DNA from: an uncultured Bacteroidales bacterium
Lineage (GTDB): Bacteria; Bacteroidota; Bacteroidia; Bacteroidales; UBA10428
Length of the DNA stretch: 64,000 bases
Assembly (NCBI GenBank): GCA_964560225.1
Contig: CAZLLD010000004.1
Coordinates: 5,593 to 69,592 of the forward strand
Reading direction: 5' to 3'
Shown: positions 8,539-18,335 of the stretch, in pieces
How positions within the stretch are numbered: the first letter of the stretch is position 1
Layout: every line of letters begins with the position of its first letter
The notes under the pieces: generated by a model
What the model was told of the DNA's origin: nothing
The model's input: the letters and a program-made list of their open reading frames with translations, nothing else
Database searches by the model: none
Made by a program: the position numbers and the translations under genes

Positions 8539-8711
8539 AATGGTAAATTTTGGTTAGTACTTGAATAAAGGTAATAAAAAAACGGAAATCGGTATTCCTG
8601 TCTTTTTATATGAGTTGATTGTGTCCGGATGAAATATTTGATAGGCAATGAATTAAAAAGACAGGATCTCCTCCTCCATGCTGGGCCAATGAATTGGTGA
8701 GAAAGTTGATG

Positions 8712-9260
8712 CTATCTCACCCGGATTTTTATAACAATCTTTTTGTCTGTATCGTTTCCTTTCACCCTGATTCCGGGGCGATGAGCATCCTGCGGGAAGA
8801 AAATGAAGAATGTTCCGGGTTCGGCCAGGAAATACCTGCAATCGGGCTCAGGAATCTCGAAAAACCCAATGTCCTTTTCAGTGTTGAATGGCTCTATGGC
8901 TAAAGCTTTTGAAAGGGGCGCAACGCCTATTTTTTCTTTGCCGGAAACCACGTATTGTATGTCAATATATTTCAAATGCGCTTCCCATTTTGTGCCTTCC
9001 AGTTCTTTTGTAGGTCCCTCGCTGACCAAAGCATAAACCTGATCACCGCTTATTTCATGTTTTCCGGCAGGCAGCTTCTCCAGGTCGGCATCGCTGAGCC
9101 AGGCAAGTGCCTGATTCCAATTCTCCCGGTTTTTGGCATACTGAAAGTGAAATTCCATAGCATCCGTTGATTTGTGCGCAACAAGCTTTAAGCCCTGTGC
9201 CCATTCCCTGCTGTGAAACCATTTGGTGGCAACGGTTGGAGTTATTTTTTCGTGTTGCAT
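8712..9260 (-). CDS. YhcH/YjgK/YiaL-family (DUF386) cupin-like protein
   Basis: EAHLKYIDIQYVVSGKEKIG and FFIFFPQDAHRPG are characteristic family blocks. Confidence 0.75.
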   Translation of the reverse strand: MQHEKITPTVATKWFHSREWAQGLKLVAHKSTDAMEFHFQYAKNRENWNQALAWLSDADLEKLPAGKHEISGDQVYALVSEGPTKELEGTKWEAHLKYIDIQYVVSGKEKIGVAPLSKALAIEPFNTEKDIGFFEIPEPDCRYFLAEPGTFFIFFPQDAHRPGIRVKGNDTDKKIVIKIRVR

Positions 9261-9535
9261 AATCGATTGTTTAATTGCCCTAATTTAATAAAAATACGCT
9301 GCATGTTCAATAATTTGGTTAAGATAAAACCATAGCTGCCTGTTTCATCATCAATGGCCCTGTTTCAGGGGTGTCTGCATGAGTGAATCAGGGTATGTGT
9401 TTGAAAGTATTGTTCTGCAAGGATTGCAATGGCTTCTGCAGAACTTGTTTTTAAACTCATAATGTACGAATATTGTACCTGAATTTCAAATGGTGTTTGT
9501 GGCGAAAGATTAGTAATAACCTAAAACCAACAACC

Positions 9536-10084
9536 ATGAATCGGAAATACGTTTTTTTTGTATTGGCAATATTTCTGCTGATTTCAGGCTCTCTTACCGC
9601 GCAAAGCAATTCCTTACTTTATTCTGTCAGTCCTGAATTTGGACTGTTTGCATCCCTTGAAGATGACCAGTTGGGTTTCATTGGCGGTATGGAAGCAAGC
9701 ATGATGAAACGGAAATGGGTGGCCTCTGCTCATTATTATAATGGCCAGGAATGTACTCTTTTGGATTCGGGCCCGTCCAGACATTTTAATCAGGCATCAC
9801 TGTTAATTGGAAGAAGCAAGGCTTTCAGTTCATTCCGGTTTGATTACCAGGCAGGTATGGTTGCAATATGGGGGATCAGGCACTCCAGGTATTACAATGA
9901 AGGCTTTTTAAGCGGGCATCATGAAACGGAATCCTATGTCGAACCGGGACTGGTTTTAGAAGTGGGCATTGATTATCTTGCATCGAGGTATTTCGGATTG
10001 GGTACACAACTGAATGTGAACCTGAACACCGAATTGCCCATGATACAATTGGCCATGTGCTTTTCTTTCGGGGAGCTCAGGTAA
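9536..10084 (+). CDS. Hypothetical secreted or outer-membrane protein
   Basis: Start chosen at MNRKYVFFVLAIFLLISGSLTAQ (signal peptide). The beta-rich sequence ends in an aromatic-rich segment. No family was recognised. Confidence 0.45.
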   Translation: MNRKYVFFVLAIFLLISGSLTAQSNSLLYSVSPEFGLFASLEDDQLGFIGGMEASMMKRKWVASAHYYNGQECTLLDSGPSRHFNQASLLIGRSKAFSSFRFDYQAGMVAIWGIRHSRYYNEGFLSGHHETESYVEPGLVLEVGIDYLASRYFGLGTQLNVNLNTELPMIQLAMCFSFGELR

Positions 10085-10160
10085 GGGGATACATAATAAG
10101 CAGAATACAGAAAGTGCCCATTTGCAAATAAAAAAGGGTTTGAATTTCTTCAAACCCTTG

Positions 10161-10235
10161 TGGGCACTGCTGGATTCGAACCAGCGACCCTCTGCTTGTA
10201 AGGCAGATGCTCTGAACCAACTGAGCTAAGCGCCC
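10161..10235 (-). tRNA. tRNA-Val (anticodon TAC)
   Basis: The reverse complement folds as a 75-nt cloverleaf: GGGCGCT/AGTGCCC acceptor, GCTC/GAGC D stem, TCTGC-CTTACAA-GCAGA anticodon arm, GCTGG-TTCGAAT-CCAGC T arm, discriminator A. No CCA is encoded. Confidence 0.92.
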
Positions 10236-10407
10236 TTGCTTTTTTAAAGGTGTGCAAATATAAGCGTCATTTTGTTAATGACAAAATTTTACATGAAAAT
10301 ATTCTTGAGCCTGGTGAAATATTCTCTTCAAAGCCTATTTTTCAAACATCACCAGGTTTCATCGAAAACTCTGGTTTAATTGCAAACCAGCCCAAACGGT
10401 GGCATGA

Positions 10408-10460
10408 CAATCGCCAAATCACCATATCACCAAATCAGCATATCAGCAAATCAATAAATA
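10408..10460. repeat. 8-bp-period degenerate tandem array (about 7 units)
   Basis: caatcgcc aaatcacc atatcacc aaatcagc atatcagc aaatcaat aaataact. Confidence 0.7.
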
Positions 10461-10670
10461 ACTATCTTTGCCCTGTCTAAAACCATTGGATGTTTAACTA
10501 CAATTCGGATCGTGTATTTTAAATAACCCGGCAACCGCCCCGGTTATCCACTCGTTTATCGCAGGCATCAACTTGCCTGTCTTATCATTTTATTTTATTA
10601 ATTTCAGGCTGAAAACCGGTTTCAATGCTTGTTGCAGATAATCAGTTTTTACGCCAAAACACATGAAATC

Positions 10671-11444
10671 ATGAGTAACGAAAACTTTTCCATACACGAT
10701 TTTGACTTTAACTTAATTTGTGAATATTTTTCCACTTTAGAACGTCAGGGACCCGGTAGCCCAGAAGTGACTGTCCGGGCGCTGAGCTTCATTGACTACC
10801 TGACCGCATCATCACGTATCGCCGACATTGGTTGCGGTACCGGAGGTCAGACCATGGTGCTGGCAAAGCATGCCCCCGGTCAGATAACAGGCATTGACCT
10901 GTTTCCCCGGTTTATTGACCTTTTCAATCAACAGGCAGCCGGACTGAACCTGCAACACCGGGTAAAAGGCAGTGTTGGCTCAATGGACAACCTGCCTTTT
11001 CAGCAGCAGGAACTTGATCTGATCTGGTCAGAAGGAGCCATCTACAACATCGGCTTTGAAAGAGGCCTGAATGAATGGAAACCTTTTTTGAAAACCGGAG
11101 GTTATATCGCGGTTTCAGAAGCATCCTGGTTCACAGATGAACGGCCCGATGAAATTGAAGCTTTCTGGAAGGATGCCTATCCCCAGATTGACACTATTCC
11201 GAATAAGCTTCAGGTAATGCAGCAGGCCGGCTTTGTTCCGGTGGCCTGTTTCATCCTGCCCGAAAACTGCTGGACTGATCACTTTTATGTGCCGCAGGTG
11301 AGGGCCCGGGAGCTCTTTCTGAAAAAGCATGCCGGAAATAAGGCAGCTGAAGACTTCATCACCAGTGAAATACATGAAGAGCAGCTGTATTACAAGTACA
11401 AGGCTTATTACGGTTATGTATTTTATATCGGCAGGAAGATCTGA
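10671..11444 (+). CDS. Class I SAM-dependent methyltransferase
   Basis: Motif [13 protein letters not shown], motif [10 protein letters not shown]. Start placed at MSNENF (the ORF opens at 10629). Confidence 0.8.
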   Translation: MSNENFSIHDFDFNLICEYFSTLERQGPGSPEVTVRALSFIDYLTASSRIADIGCGTGGQTMVLAKHAPGQITGIDLFPRFIDLFNQQAAGLNLQHRVKGSVGSMDNLPFQQQELDLIWSEGAIYNIGFERGLNEWKPFLKTGGYIAVSEASWFTDERPDEIEAFWKDAYPQIDTIPNKLQVMQQAGFVPVACFILPENCWTDHFYVPQVRARELFLKKHAGNKAAEDFITSEIHEEQLYYKYKAYYGYVFYIGRKI

Positions 11445-11457
11445 TTTTTTCTTTACA

Positions 11458-11491
11458 GAATTGCCCTGTTATATCAGGGCAATTCTTTTTT
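11458..11491 (+). terminator. Rho-independent terminator
   Basis: Perfect 11-bp stem gaattgccctg/cagggcaattc with a 6-nt loop, followed by tttttt, 14 bp after the stop. Confidence 0.75.
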
Positions 11492-11531
11492 GTTCCTGAA
11501 AAACATAAAAGAAAAGCGACGGTAGTTATAA

Positions 11532-11646
11532 GTCACACTTCGACAAGCCTGCCTGCTGGTAGGCAGGCTCAGTGTGACTGGCGTTGTCATACAGAGCCAT
11601 GCCTATGCCGAAGCTCCGGCAGGCAAGCCTGTCGAAGAATGACGAG
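11532..11646. repeat. REP-like element, type A, copy 2
   Basis: gtcacacttcgacaagcctgcctgctggtaggcaggctcagtgtgac...gtcatac...gaagaatgacgag. It is homologous to 4959..5052 with an internal insertion. Confidence 0.8.
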
Positions 11647-11748
11647 TAGTAGTAGCAGTGGCAGTAGTAGTCAAATCCCAACACCCAATTCACAATTCTC
11701 ACACATCCAGTAACCAGCATCCAGTAACCAGCATCCAACACCCACAAT
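11647..11748. repeat. Composite low-complexity module (same module order as 5206..5300)
   Basis: tagtagtagcagtggcagtagtagtc aaatcccaacacccaattcacaattctcacac atccagtaaccagcatccagtaaccagcatccaacaccc. Confidence 0.7.
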
Positions 11749-11776
11749 CCTTCAAGGGTTTGCAACCGCTTGAAGG
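11749..11776. repeat. Hairpin repeat CCTTCAAG(n12)CTTGAAGG, copy 1
   Basis: ccttcaagggtttgcaaccgcttgaagg. A second copy lies at 50940..50969. Both produce the spurious peptide PFKRLxTLEG. Confidence 0.7.
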
Positions 11777-11790
11777 GGCATCTGCCAAAA

Positions 11791-11820
11791 GACTGCAAGA
11801 CTGCAAGACTAGAAGACTAC
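11791..11820. repeat. 8-bp tandem array (GACTGCAA x about 3.7)
   Basis: gactgcaa gactgcaa gactagaa gactac. It abuts and overlaps the stop of the DUF952 gene. Confidence 0.7.
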
Positions 11821-12179
11821 CCCTCCATCCCCTCCGGAAGTGAAAAAAATCCCTTCTCATCCGGCGGGAAATCGATTACCTGAACTACTGAAGTAATATT
11901 AACCGGACCGTAAACATGCGGGAATAATTTACCGACGTTCGGATCATGTTGGCCTCCGCCAGTCGGATCTTCGAACTTCACTTCAGATTGCAGTTTATGC
12001 TCATCAAGGCATAGTATAGCCAGACCTGTCTGACCTTTGAAAAAAACATTTGCCGTATCGGCAATCTGCTTTAGCGTGGAGCAATGAATAAAACCTTCCG
12101 TCTGGAGTGATGGTGCCGTATATTCATTTTTTGTCTTTGCTTTTTCCCAGTCTTTACGGGTCGTAATGTGATAAATCAT
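11817..12179 (-). CDS. DUF952-family protein
   Basis: MIYHITTRKDWEKA...EGFIHCST...LPHVYGPV blocks are typical of DUF952. Confidence 0.75.
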   Translation of the reverse strand: MIYHITTRKDWEKAKTKNEYTAPSLQTEGFIHCSTLKQIADTANVFFKGQTGLAILCLDEHKLQSEVKFEDPTGGGQHDPNVGKLFPHVYGPVNITSVVQVIDFPPDEKGFFSLPEGMEG

Positions 12180-12234
12180 GGGGAACCTACTTTTTGTTTG
12201 TATTAGTTTGGCGTTGAATTATATATTCTGAAAA

Positions 12235-13131
12235 TCAGGTGTCCTGATGCATCTTTTCTTTCATAGGTTTGATATAGCTGCTTGATATATTGTATTTCTT
12301 TCGCAGCGGATTGACAATTTCGGCATAAAGCTTCTCCTTGTAGGCCTTATCTGCGCCTCCTGTTTTATACAATTCTTTCAGGTCATTATAATGATCGGGA
12401 AATTGCTGTTTTATGAAATCAAAAAACACTTTCCGGGTTGTTCCGCGCAAATACAATACTCCCGGCAGCATGTAGTGAACACCAACCCTGGACGCTTCGG
12501 AACACAAATTCTCAATATTTGAATAACTATCAGTCAGAAAAGGAATGACGGGCATGGTATGCAAACCTGTTGAAGCATTTGTTTTTCTGAATTCTTTCAG
12601 CATGTTGAACCTGGCTATAGAAGTACTCGCATGGGGCTCAATCTGCCGGCGCATGTTTTCATCTGTGGTGGTAATGGTTGCTGCTATGTTCACATAGGTT
12701 ATCTGAGCCAGCTCGGCAATCAGGTCGTAATCCCTGAGAATCAGATCTGATTTGGTGGAGATAATGGCCGGTGTTTTGTGCCTGATCAGGACCCTCAATA
12801 CGTCCGGCATTATTTTCAAATCTGCTTCTGATTCCTGGTAGCTGTCGGTTACACCGCCAATATTAATGACTTCCCGCTTCCATCCGGGTTTGCTTAATTC
12901 CAGGTCAAGTTGTTCCGCAATGTTCGTTTTTACAAATACCTTGGAAAAGTCAGCTTCTCCCAGAAATTCATGGGAATAAATGGCATAACAATACCTGCAT
13001 TGGTGGCTGCACCCTCTGTAAATGTTCAAATCCCAACCATAGGGAATTTTTCTTTTCAGCTGATTCAGGGCTGTTTTACAGGTTGTTTTTTCAAGATGAG
13101 TTCTGCTGGTAAACTCTGGCATACGATTCAA
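12235..13131 (-). CDS. Radical SAM protein (SplB / COG1533-like)
   Basis: CxxxCxxC cluster motif GCSHQCRYCYA near the N-terminus. Length and layout resemble SPL-type radical SAM enzymes. Confidence 0.8.
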   Translation of the reverse strand: MNRMPEFTSRTHLEKTTCKTALNQLKRKIPYGWDLNIYRGCSHQCRYCYAIYSHEFLGEADFSKVFVKTNIAEQLDLELSKPGWKREVINIGGVTDSYQESEADLKIMPDVLRVLIRHKTPAIISTKSDLILRDYDLIAELAQITYVNIAATITTTDENMRRQIEPHASTSIARFNMLKEFRKTNASTGLHTMPVIPFLTDSYSNIENLCSEASRVGVHYMLPGVLYLRGTTRKVFFDFIKQQFPDHYNDLKELYKTGGADKAYKEKLYAEIVNPLRKKYNISSSYIKPMKEKMHQDT

Positions 13132-13212
13132 TTAATGATCTCTTTCAGGAAATCAGTACAAAGCTATTATTATCCGTAAAGATGCTGCTACCGCAGCCTT
13201 TTGGTTTATTTG

Positions 13213-13794
13213 TTATTCGGTGGAATTATTGAGTCTCCGGAACCTGGTAATGATCCGTACAGCAAGTAACAACAACATCATGGCAGTAAATGCCGGAATA
13301 AAATATATCCGGGCAGGGCTTACCATGAGTGCGATCATCATGGAGCCCACAGAAATTATTATTGCGGCGACAGCATATCCGATTTCGTCGTAAAACCAGG
13401 CATAGGGGAAAAGATGTGCTCCGGTGATGATGGCATAAGCCATGATGAAGTAATCGGGGTATTTGATCAGGATGAATATTAAAAAGGGGAAGTAGATGAG
13501 TTGAGCGAAATTCAGCCACAAACCCAATGGCTGTAAAGCATTGTCCTTAATTTTCCAGTTTGTTCTCAGCAGTTTTGACAATCCCAACGCCAAAGGCAAC
13601 AGGAGTGCTCCGAATACAAACGTGAAAACGCTCTTGTTGTAGGAGTTAAATGGGGCATACTTCCAGATTGTGAAGATTCCAAACCAGATGATACCGGCAG
13701 CCAATATAAAATCAATGCCATTCCTGGCTTTTAACTGAATTTCTGATTTTAACTTGTCAAGGGTGGTCAGTTTGTCGTTCCTTTTGTCAGTCAT
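13213..13794 (-). CDS. Hypothetical polytopic membrane protein
   Basis: 193 aa with about 5-6 hydrophobic helices. No family was recognised. Confidence 0.55.
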   Translation of the reverse strand: MTDKRNDKLTTLDKLKSEIQLKARNGIDFILAAGIIWFGIFTIWKYAPFNSYNKSVFTFVFGALLLPLALGLSKLLRTNWKIKDNALQPLGLWLNFAQLIYFPFLIFILIKYPDYFIMAYAIITGAHLFPYAWFYDEIGYAVAAIIISVGSMMIALMVSPARIYFIPAFTAMMLLLLAVRIITRFRRLNNSTE

Positions 13795-13991
13795 TTGTTA
13801 ATAAGGTCTTAAATGTATATATATCTGTCCTTTGTCTGCTCCCAAACAAACATTCGCATTTTTTATTCCGGCTTCAAATATAATTAAAGCATTTCTTTGG
13901 TGTAGTTCTAATTCTTTAACTGCGCTAAATGGTGACCGATTGAATTGTTCAGCAAGTTAATAACTTAATAGCCCGCACGCGTATTAAGTTA

Positions 13992-13999
13992 TATATTTG
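13992..13999 (+). promoter_or_regulatory. Candidate Bacteroidota -7 box (TAnnTTTG)
   Basis: TATATTTG lies 27 nt upstream of the ATG at 14026. Confidence 0.35.
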
Positions 14000-14025
14000 G
14001 CAGTTGAAACAGACTTAAGAACAAT

Positions 14026-15393
14026 ATGAATATAGAACAATTTGAGAATTTCTTCTTAATCGGTATAGCCGGGACCGGGATGAGCGCTATAGCGCAATAT
14101 CTGCAGGGTATTGGTAAAAAAGTAAGCGGATCCGACCGGCTTTTTAACCAGCAAAACAAGATGCAGATCCAGGAGCAGTTCGAAAAACAGGGTATCCGGT
14201 GTTTTTTCCAGGACGCATCGGGCATATCTGCTGCTACCCAGGTGGTAGTTGTATCAACAGCCATTGAGGAAAGTAATGTGGAATACCGGAAAGCTGCTGA
14301 AATGGGAATACCGGTGATGAAGCGATCGGAATTGCTGGCTGCCCTGTCTTCGAGCAGAAGGACAATTGCTGTTGGAGGCACTTCCGGGAAATCGACCACC
14401 ACGGCCATGATTTTTCACATATTGCAGGAGAACGGGTATTCCCCGTCGTTAATAACAGGTGCCGGTTTGACTTCTTTGCAGCAGGAAGGGCTTCCCGGAA
14501 ACACCTGGGTGGGGAAAAGCAACTGGCTGGTAATTGAGGCTGATGAGTCAGACGGATCTGTTGTGAATTACTTCCCCGAGATCAGCGTGGTGCTTAATGT
14601 CGACAGGGATCATAAGGAAACCGGTGAACTCATGCAGTTGTTTTCTGTATTCAGGGAACATACCCATGGCCGGTTTATCGTAAATCACGACCATGATCTG
14701 GTAAAAACACTGTCACAAGATGCGGCTTTTGATTTTGGGACCGTTCAGGGTGCAGGTTATGTGGGCAAAGATTTTTCTCAGGATGGTTTTCAGATTCTCT
14801 TTACCATAAATAAGGTACCTTTTAAGATTCCGGTCATCGGGAAGTTCAATATGGAAAATGCCCTTGCGGCAACTGCCGTATCGGGTGCTGCAGGCATCAG
14901 TATTGAAAATTCGGCAAAAGCTTTGGAAAGCTATTCTGGAATATACAGGAGAATGCAATTGGCGGGTAATAAAAGCGGGGTATATGTGATCGATGACTTT
15001 GCCCACAATCCGGCTGAAGTAGCTGCAGCCATCAGGGCATGCCAACAGATCGGCAAGCGGGTAACAGCCTGGTTTCAACCCCATGGATTCGGCCCGCTCA
15101 GGTTTATGCACCGGGAACTGGCAATCAGCGTATCGGAAGTCCTCAGGGAAACCGATTGCTTCATCATGTCGGACGTATATTATGCCGGAGGAACCGTAGA
15201 TAAAGATATCGGTTCGGAGGTGGTGATAACCGAAATTCTCGGGCGTAACAAAAAAGCGCTGCTGGTTGGTGACCGAACGAACCTGCCAGGGGTATTGAAG
15301 GACATGGTCCAACAGGGGGATGTCATTTTGCTGATGGGCGCCAGAGATCCTTCCTTATCTGAATTTGCAACCACTGTTTTGGAGAAACTGTAA
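14026..15393 (+). CDS. Mur ligase family protein, MurC/Mpl-like (UDP-N-acetylmuramate--L-alanine ligase paralogue)
   Basis: N-terminal Rossmann IGIAGTGMSAIAQYL...VSGSD, ATP P-loop GGTSGKSTTTAM, and a C-terminal Mur ligase domain with DDFAHNP. It is not flanked by other dcw genes. Confidence 0.8.
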   Translation: MNIEQFENFFLIGIAGTGMSAIAQYLQGIGKKVSGSDRLFNQQNKMQIQEQFEKQGIRCFFQDASGISAATQVVVVSTAIEESNVEYRKAAEMGIPVMKRSELLAALSSSRRTIAVGGTSGKSTTTAMIFHILQENGYSPSLITGAGLTSLQQEGLPGNTWVGKSNWLVIEADESDGSVVNYFPEISVVLNVDRDHKETGELMQLFSVFREHTHGRFIVNHDHDLVKTLSQDAAFDFGTVQGAGYVGKDFSQDGFQILFTINKVPFKIPVIGKFNMENALAATAVSGAAGISIENSAKALESYSGIYRRMQLAGNKSGVYVIDDFAHNPAEVAAAIRACQQIGKRVTAWFQPHGFGPLRFMHRELAISVSEVLRETDCFIMSDVYYAGGTVDKDIGSEVVITEILGRNKKALLVGDRTNLPGVLKDMVQQGDVILLMGARDPSLSEFATTVLEKL

Positions 15394-15413
15394 AGGGAAA
15401 GATGCCGGCAGGT

Positions 15414-16901
15414 TTATTTCCTGTCAAGCATGGTGTTTTCATACATGATCTTCTGGTTCAGCTCAAAATCAAACAAGGTGAGAATTCTGAGCTTAAAGAA
15501 TGATTCCCAGTAGTTCTGAATTGAATAGATGTAATCGCGCTTGGCACTTTCACGCTCAGAAAGTGAAATGTTCAGATCGGTAATGCTGATTTCACCGCTT
15601 TGGAATTTCTTCAGGGCAATCTGGTAACCATTTTCGGCAACTCTGTCTGCTTCGCGTGCCGTATTCAGCTGATCTTTCATAAGTCCGAACTGCTCAACCT
15701 GCACAATCACACCTCTTTCAAAATCCGATTGGTCCCTTTCCACATCATAAACCACCAGTTCGCGCTGCGATTCGGCCAGCTTAACTGCCGATGACGAACG
15801 TCCCCAGTCGAGTATGGGTATGCTCATGGAAAGCTTCAGTGATCTTCCTGTTTCAGGATCACGATAAATATCCGTGTAATCATACGCGGTATTTGAAACA
15901 CCTATGCTGCCTTCAAGGGTGGCACTCAATCCATTGCTTCGTTTTGCCTTAACCAGCTGGCTGTTGGCTTCAATGAGACGCCGCTGGAAGTAGGGCGTTT
16001 CCTTTCGGTTGGCCAGGGCCTCTGCAAGTGCTTTATCGGGGTCAATAGCAAACAGCAGCATGTTGAGCGGAATTTCGAGCTCAATGTTCTGGTTCTGATC
16101 GAGGTTGATATACGACTTCAGTTCAAAGTCGGCGTTGTTCAAATCCATAGTCGACTTGTTCAGCGCTTTTTGTGCATTCAGCACCGACAACTGGATGCGG
16201 GCATAATCATTCTCGGATATCTTGCCCAGTTTTTTCTTGATATCGGCGATGCGCAGGTTGTCCTCGCTGTTTTTGAGGTTGCTGGCTGCCAGGTTGTAAT
16301 TGGTTTGTATGCTCAAGTATTTGAAGAATCGCCGGGTAGCTTCAAGTGCAATTTCCTCAATACTCTGGTTGAATTGCTTCTGAGCTTCTTCATACACCAG
16401 GGGCTCTGTCTTCCGCTGCCATTTCATGTAATTATAGGCGAAAATGGGTTGGTAGATGCCTATCTCGTAAGGAGTACCCGAGAATTTCACGTCATTTTTA
16501 ATGAAATCCTGGTTGCGATAGAGGTCCGTTCCGGCCCATATATAGGTTCCGGTTTGCGGAATGGATTGATTCAGCGAAATCTGTGCGTTGGCATTCATCT
16601 GTGACTGAAAGTAGAATTCGATACTGCCGTCGGGCTGGGTAACGGCACTGGGTGAATGGATGTATTCGGGCAAATTCCCGTTCAACGTCAGCACCGGCCT
16701 GAAACTGGTTTTAAAGTTTTTCCAGCGCCAGTAATAATTCACATTGGTGTTCTGGGCGTATTTCACCGAGGCCGACTGGTTAATGGCCAAATCAACCACG
16801 TTTCTCAGGCTCAGGGTAGTCTTAACTGAATCCTTTGACCCGCCCATCATTTGTTGACTGCTCAATACGGCCAGTATGAGGAATACGATAATGCTTCTCA
16901 T
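15414..16901 (-). CDS. TolC-family outer-membrane efflux protein
   Basis: Signal peptide MRSIIVFLILAVLS (the alternative upstream start at 16928 overlaps the adaptor gene). Two OEP repeats with coiled-coil character. It lies directly downstream of the HlyD-type adaptor. Confidence 0.85.
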   Translation of the reverse strand: MRSIIVFLILAVLSSQQMMGGSKDSVKTTLSLRNVVDLAINQSASVKYAQNTNVNYYWRWKNFKTSFRPVLTLNGNLPEYIHSPSAVTQPDGSIEFYFQSQMNANAQISLNQSIPQTGTYIWAGTDLYRNQDFIKNDVKFSGTPYEIGIYQPIFAYNYMKWQRKTEPLVYEEAQKQFNQSIEEIALEATRRFFKYLSIQTNYNLAASNLKNSEDNLRIADIKKKLGKISENDYARIQLSVLNAQKALNKSTMDLNNADFELKSYINLDQNQNIELEIPLNMLLFAIDPDKALAEALANRKETPYFQRRLIEANSQLVKAKRSNGLSATLEGSIGVSNTAYDYTDIYRDPETGRSLKLSMSIPILDWGRSSSAVKLAESQRELVVYDVERDQSDFERGVIVQVEQFGLMKDQLNTAREADRVAENGYQIALKKFQSGEISITDLNISLSERESAKRDYIYSIQNYWESFFKLRILTLFDFELNQKIMYENTMLDRK

Positions 16902-16914
16902 ATTGCGATATGCT

Positions 16915-18132
16915 TTACAGTTCCTCAAAAGTCACTTCTTTTCTGCGATGGAAAGCGGAAACATCTGATATGATCACCCGGTCACCCGGATTCAGCCCGG
17001 ATACTATTTCCACATAATCGGTACCGGTTATTCCCGTGGTAACATGAACCCTTACAGCCTTACCTTCTTTAACCACGTACATGTCTTGTTGCATGCCCCT
17101 GCCGAAAGCCGGTCCTCTTTCAATTCTAAGTACACTGTCTTTCTGGCTGGTTACCACCTTTACATCAACTTCCAGATTGGGATTCAGTTTATTAAAATGG
17201 CTGTATTCCAGGAAAACATCGAAATTGATTTTTTTGTCGGTGATCACCGGCGAAACGCTTCCGATCCTGCCTCTGAGCCGGGCATGGTCAACAACAGCAT
17301 AAACCAGACCTCCGGTTTTCAGGTGGCCTTCATACTTGTTATCCACAGCGCATTTGATTTTAAATGTGGACAGATCAGACATGCTTACCAGGAGCTTGTC
17401 TTTTTCCACCTTTTCTCCTTCGTTGCCGTTAATATTCAGTACAATGCCATTTGAAGGCGCTTTGATGTTGAGCTGATCGAGCAGCTTGTATTTTGCCTCC
17501 AGCTCTTTTTGGCGCATGTCTATCTGCAGCAGCAGACCCTGCTCATCGGTATCCAGTTGCTTCAGCCGTATGGCGTTCTTTTCCTGTGTTGTTTTCAGAT
17601 CTTTTTCAGCCAGCACCAGTTCCTGTTTTGTTTGCTCGAACAGGGCAGGGGAGATGCCGCCCACTTTAAGCAATTGTTCCTGGTCGACGATCTCAGCCTT
17701 TAATGATGCAATTCTGAGGTTTTTGACTTCGGCACTGTAATCCAGGTCGACCCGGATACTTCTTGCATTCAGCCTGTTTTTCTGAAGCTCATTTTCCATA
17801 ATACCCAATTGATCCTTCAGTTTTTCTATTTCCTCATTGATCGCCTTCGGATCAAGTTTAACGAGGATGTCCCCTTTGGACACCTGACTGCCGGGGGCTT
17901 TACAGATTTCAGAAACTACCGCCGGATAGGGACTCAACAACAACACTTCATGTTCAGGATTAATGATGCCTGAAGCCGGCACTGATGTGGCCACCGGACC
18001 ATAATCAACCAGGGCGGTTTTGTAATCACCCGGCTTCAGGGTGGACGGAATCAGGAATCTGTATAGCAGGTAAAATGCTAAAATCACAATACCAAGCAGC
18101 AGAATTGATAAGCCTATTCTTTTTTTACTCAT
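16915..18132 (-). CDS. HlyD/MFP-family periplasmic adaptor subunit
   Basis: N-terminal TM anchor, lipoyl-like hairpin (GDILVKLDP), long coiled coil and C-terminal beta-barrel (GDRVIISD). Confidence 0.85.
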   Translation of the reverse strand: MSKKRIGLSILLLGIVILAFYLLYRFLIPSTLKPGDYKTALVDYGPVATSVPASGIINPEHEVLLLSPYPAVVSEICKAPGSQVSKGDILVKLDPKAINEEIEKLKDQLGIMENELQKNRLNARSIRVDLDYSAEVKNLRIASLKAEIVDQEQLLKVGGISPALFEQTKQELVLAEKDLKTTQEKNAIRLKQLDTDEQGLLLQIDMRQKELEAKYKLLDQLNIKAPSNGIVLNINGNEGEKVEKDKLLVSMSDLSTFKIKCAVDNKYEGHLKTGGLVYAVVDHARLRGRIGSVSPVITDKKINFDVFLEYSHFNKLNPNLEVDVKVVTSQKDSVLRIERGPAFGRGMQQDMYVVKEGKAVRVHVTTGITGTDYVEIVSGLNPGDRVIISDVSAFHRRKEVTFEEL

Positions 18133-18335
18133 AGTAATATTTTATGAATGACAGGTAGTAGCCAGGGGAGATACCTATTTTCCGGATAGGGTGCTGATTA
18201 CAAAAATAACACTTCATCTTTCTCCCGCAAAGGAATTAACGATTGATTAACAAATAAATCTCTCAAATGATGATTGGTAATAACGTGATCAGGCAGCAAT
18301 GTGTTTCAGCAATTGAAGTGATTGTTGTCACCAGA

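Noticed and set aside
10085-10670. Possible genomic-island integration at tRNA-Val, and the 76-aa ORF at 10250..10480.
   Set aside because: There is no integrase, no direct repeat of the tRNA 3' end, and no compositional shift that I could see. The ORF spans low-complexity repeat DNA.
14713-15312. 199-aa minus-strand ORF inside the MurC-like gene. Similar long antisense ORFs are 21145..21813, 22323..22748, 22923..23381, 23706..24281, 24517..24978, 28335..28805, 30743..31264, 35999..36424, 48486..48947 and 49675..50109.
   Set aside because: Each is fully nested antisense to a gene with strong family motifs, and none has a recognisable domain.
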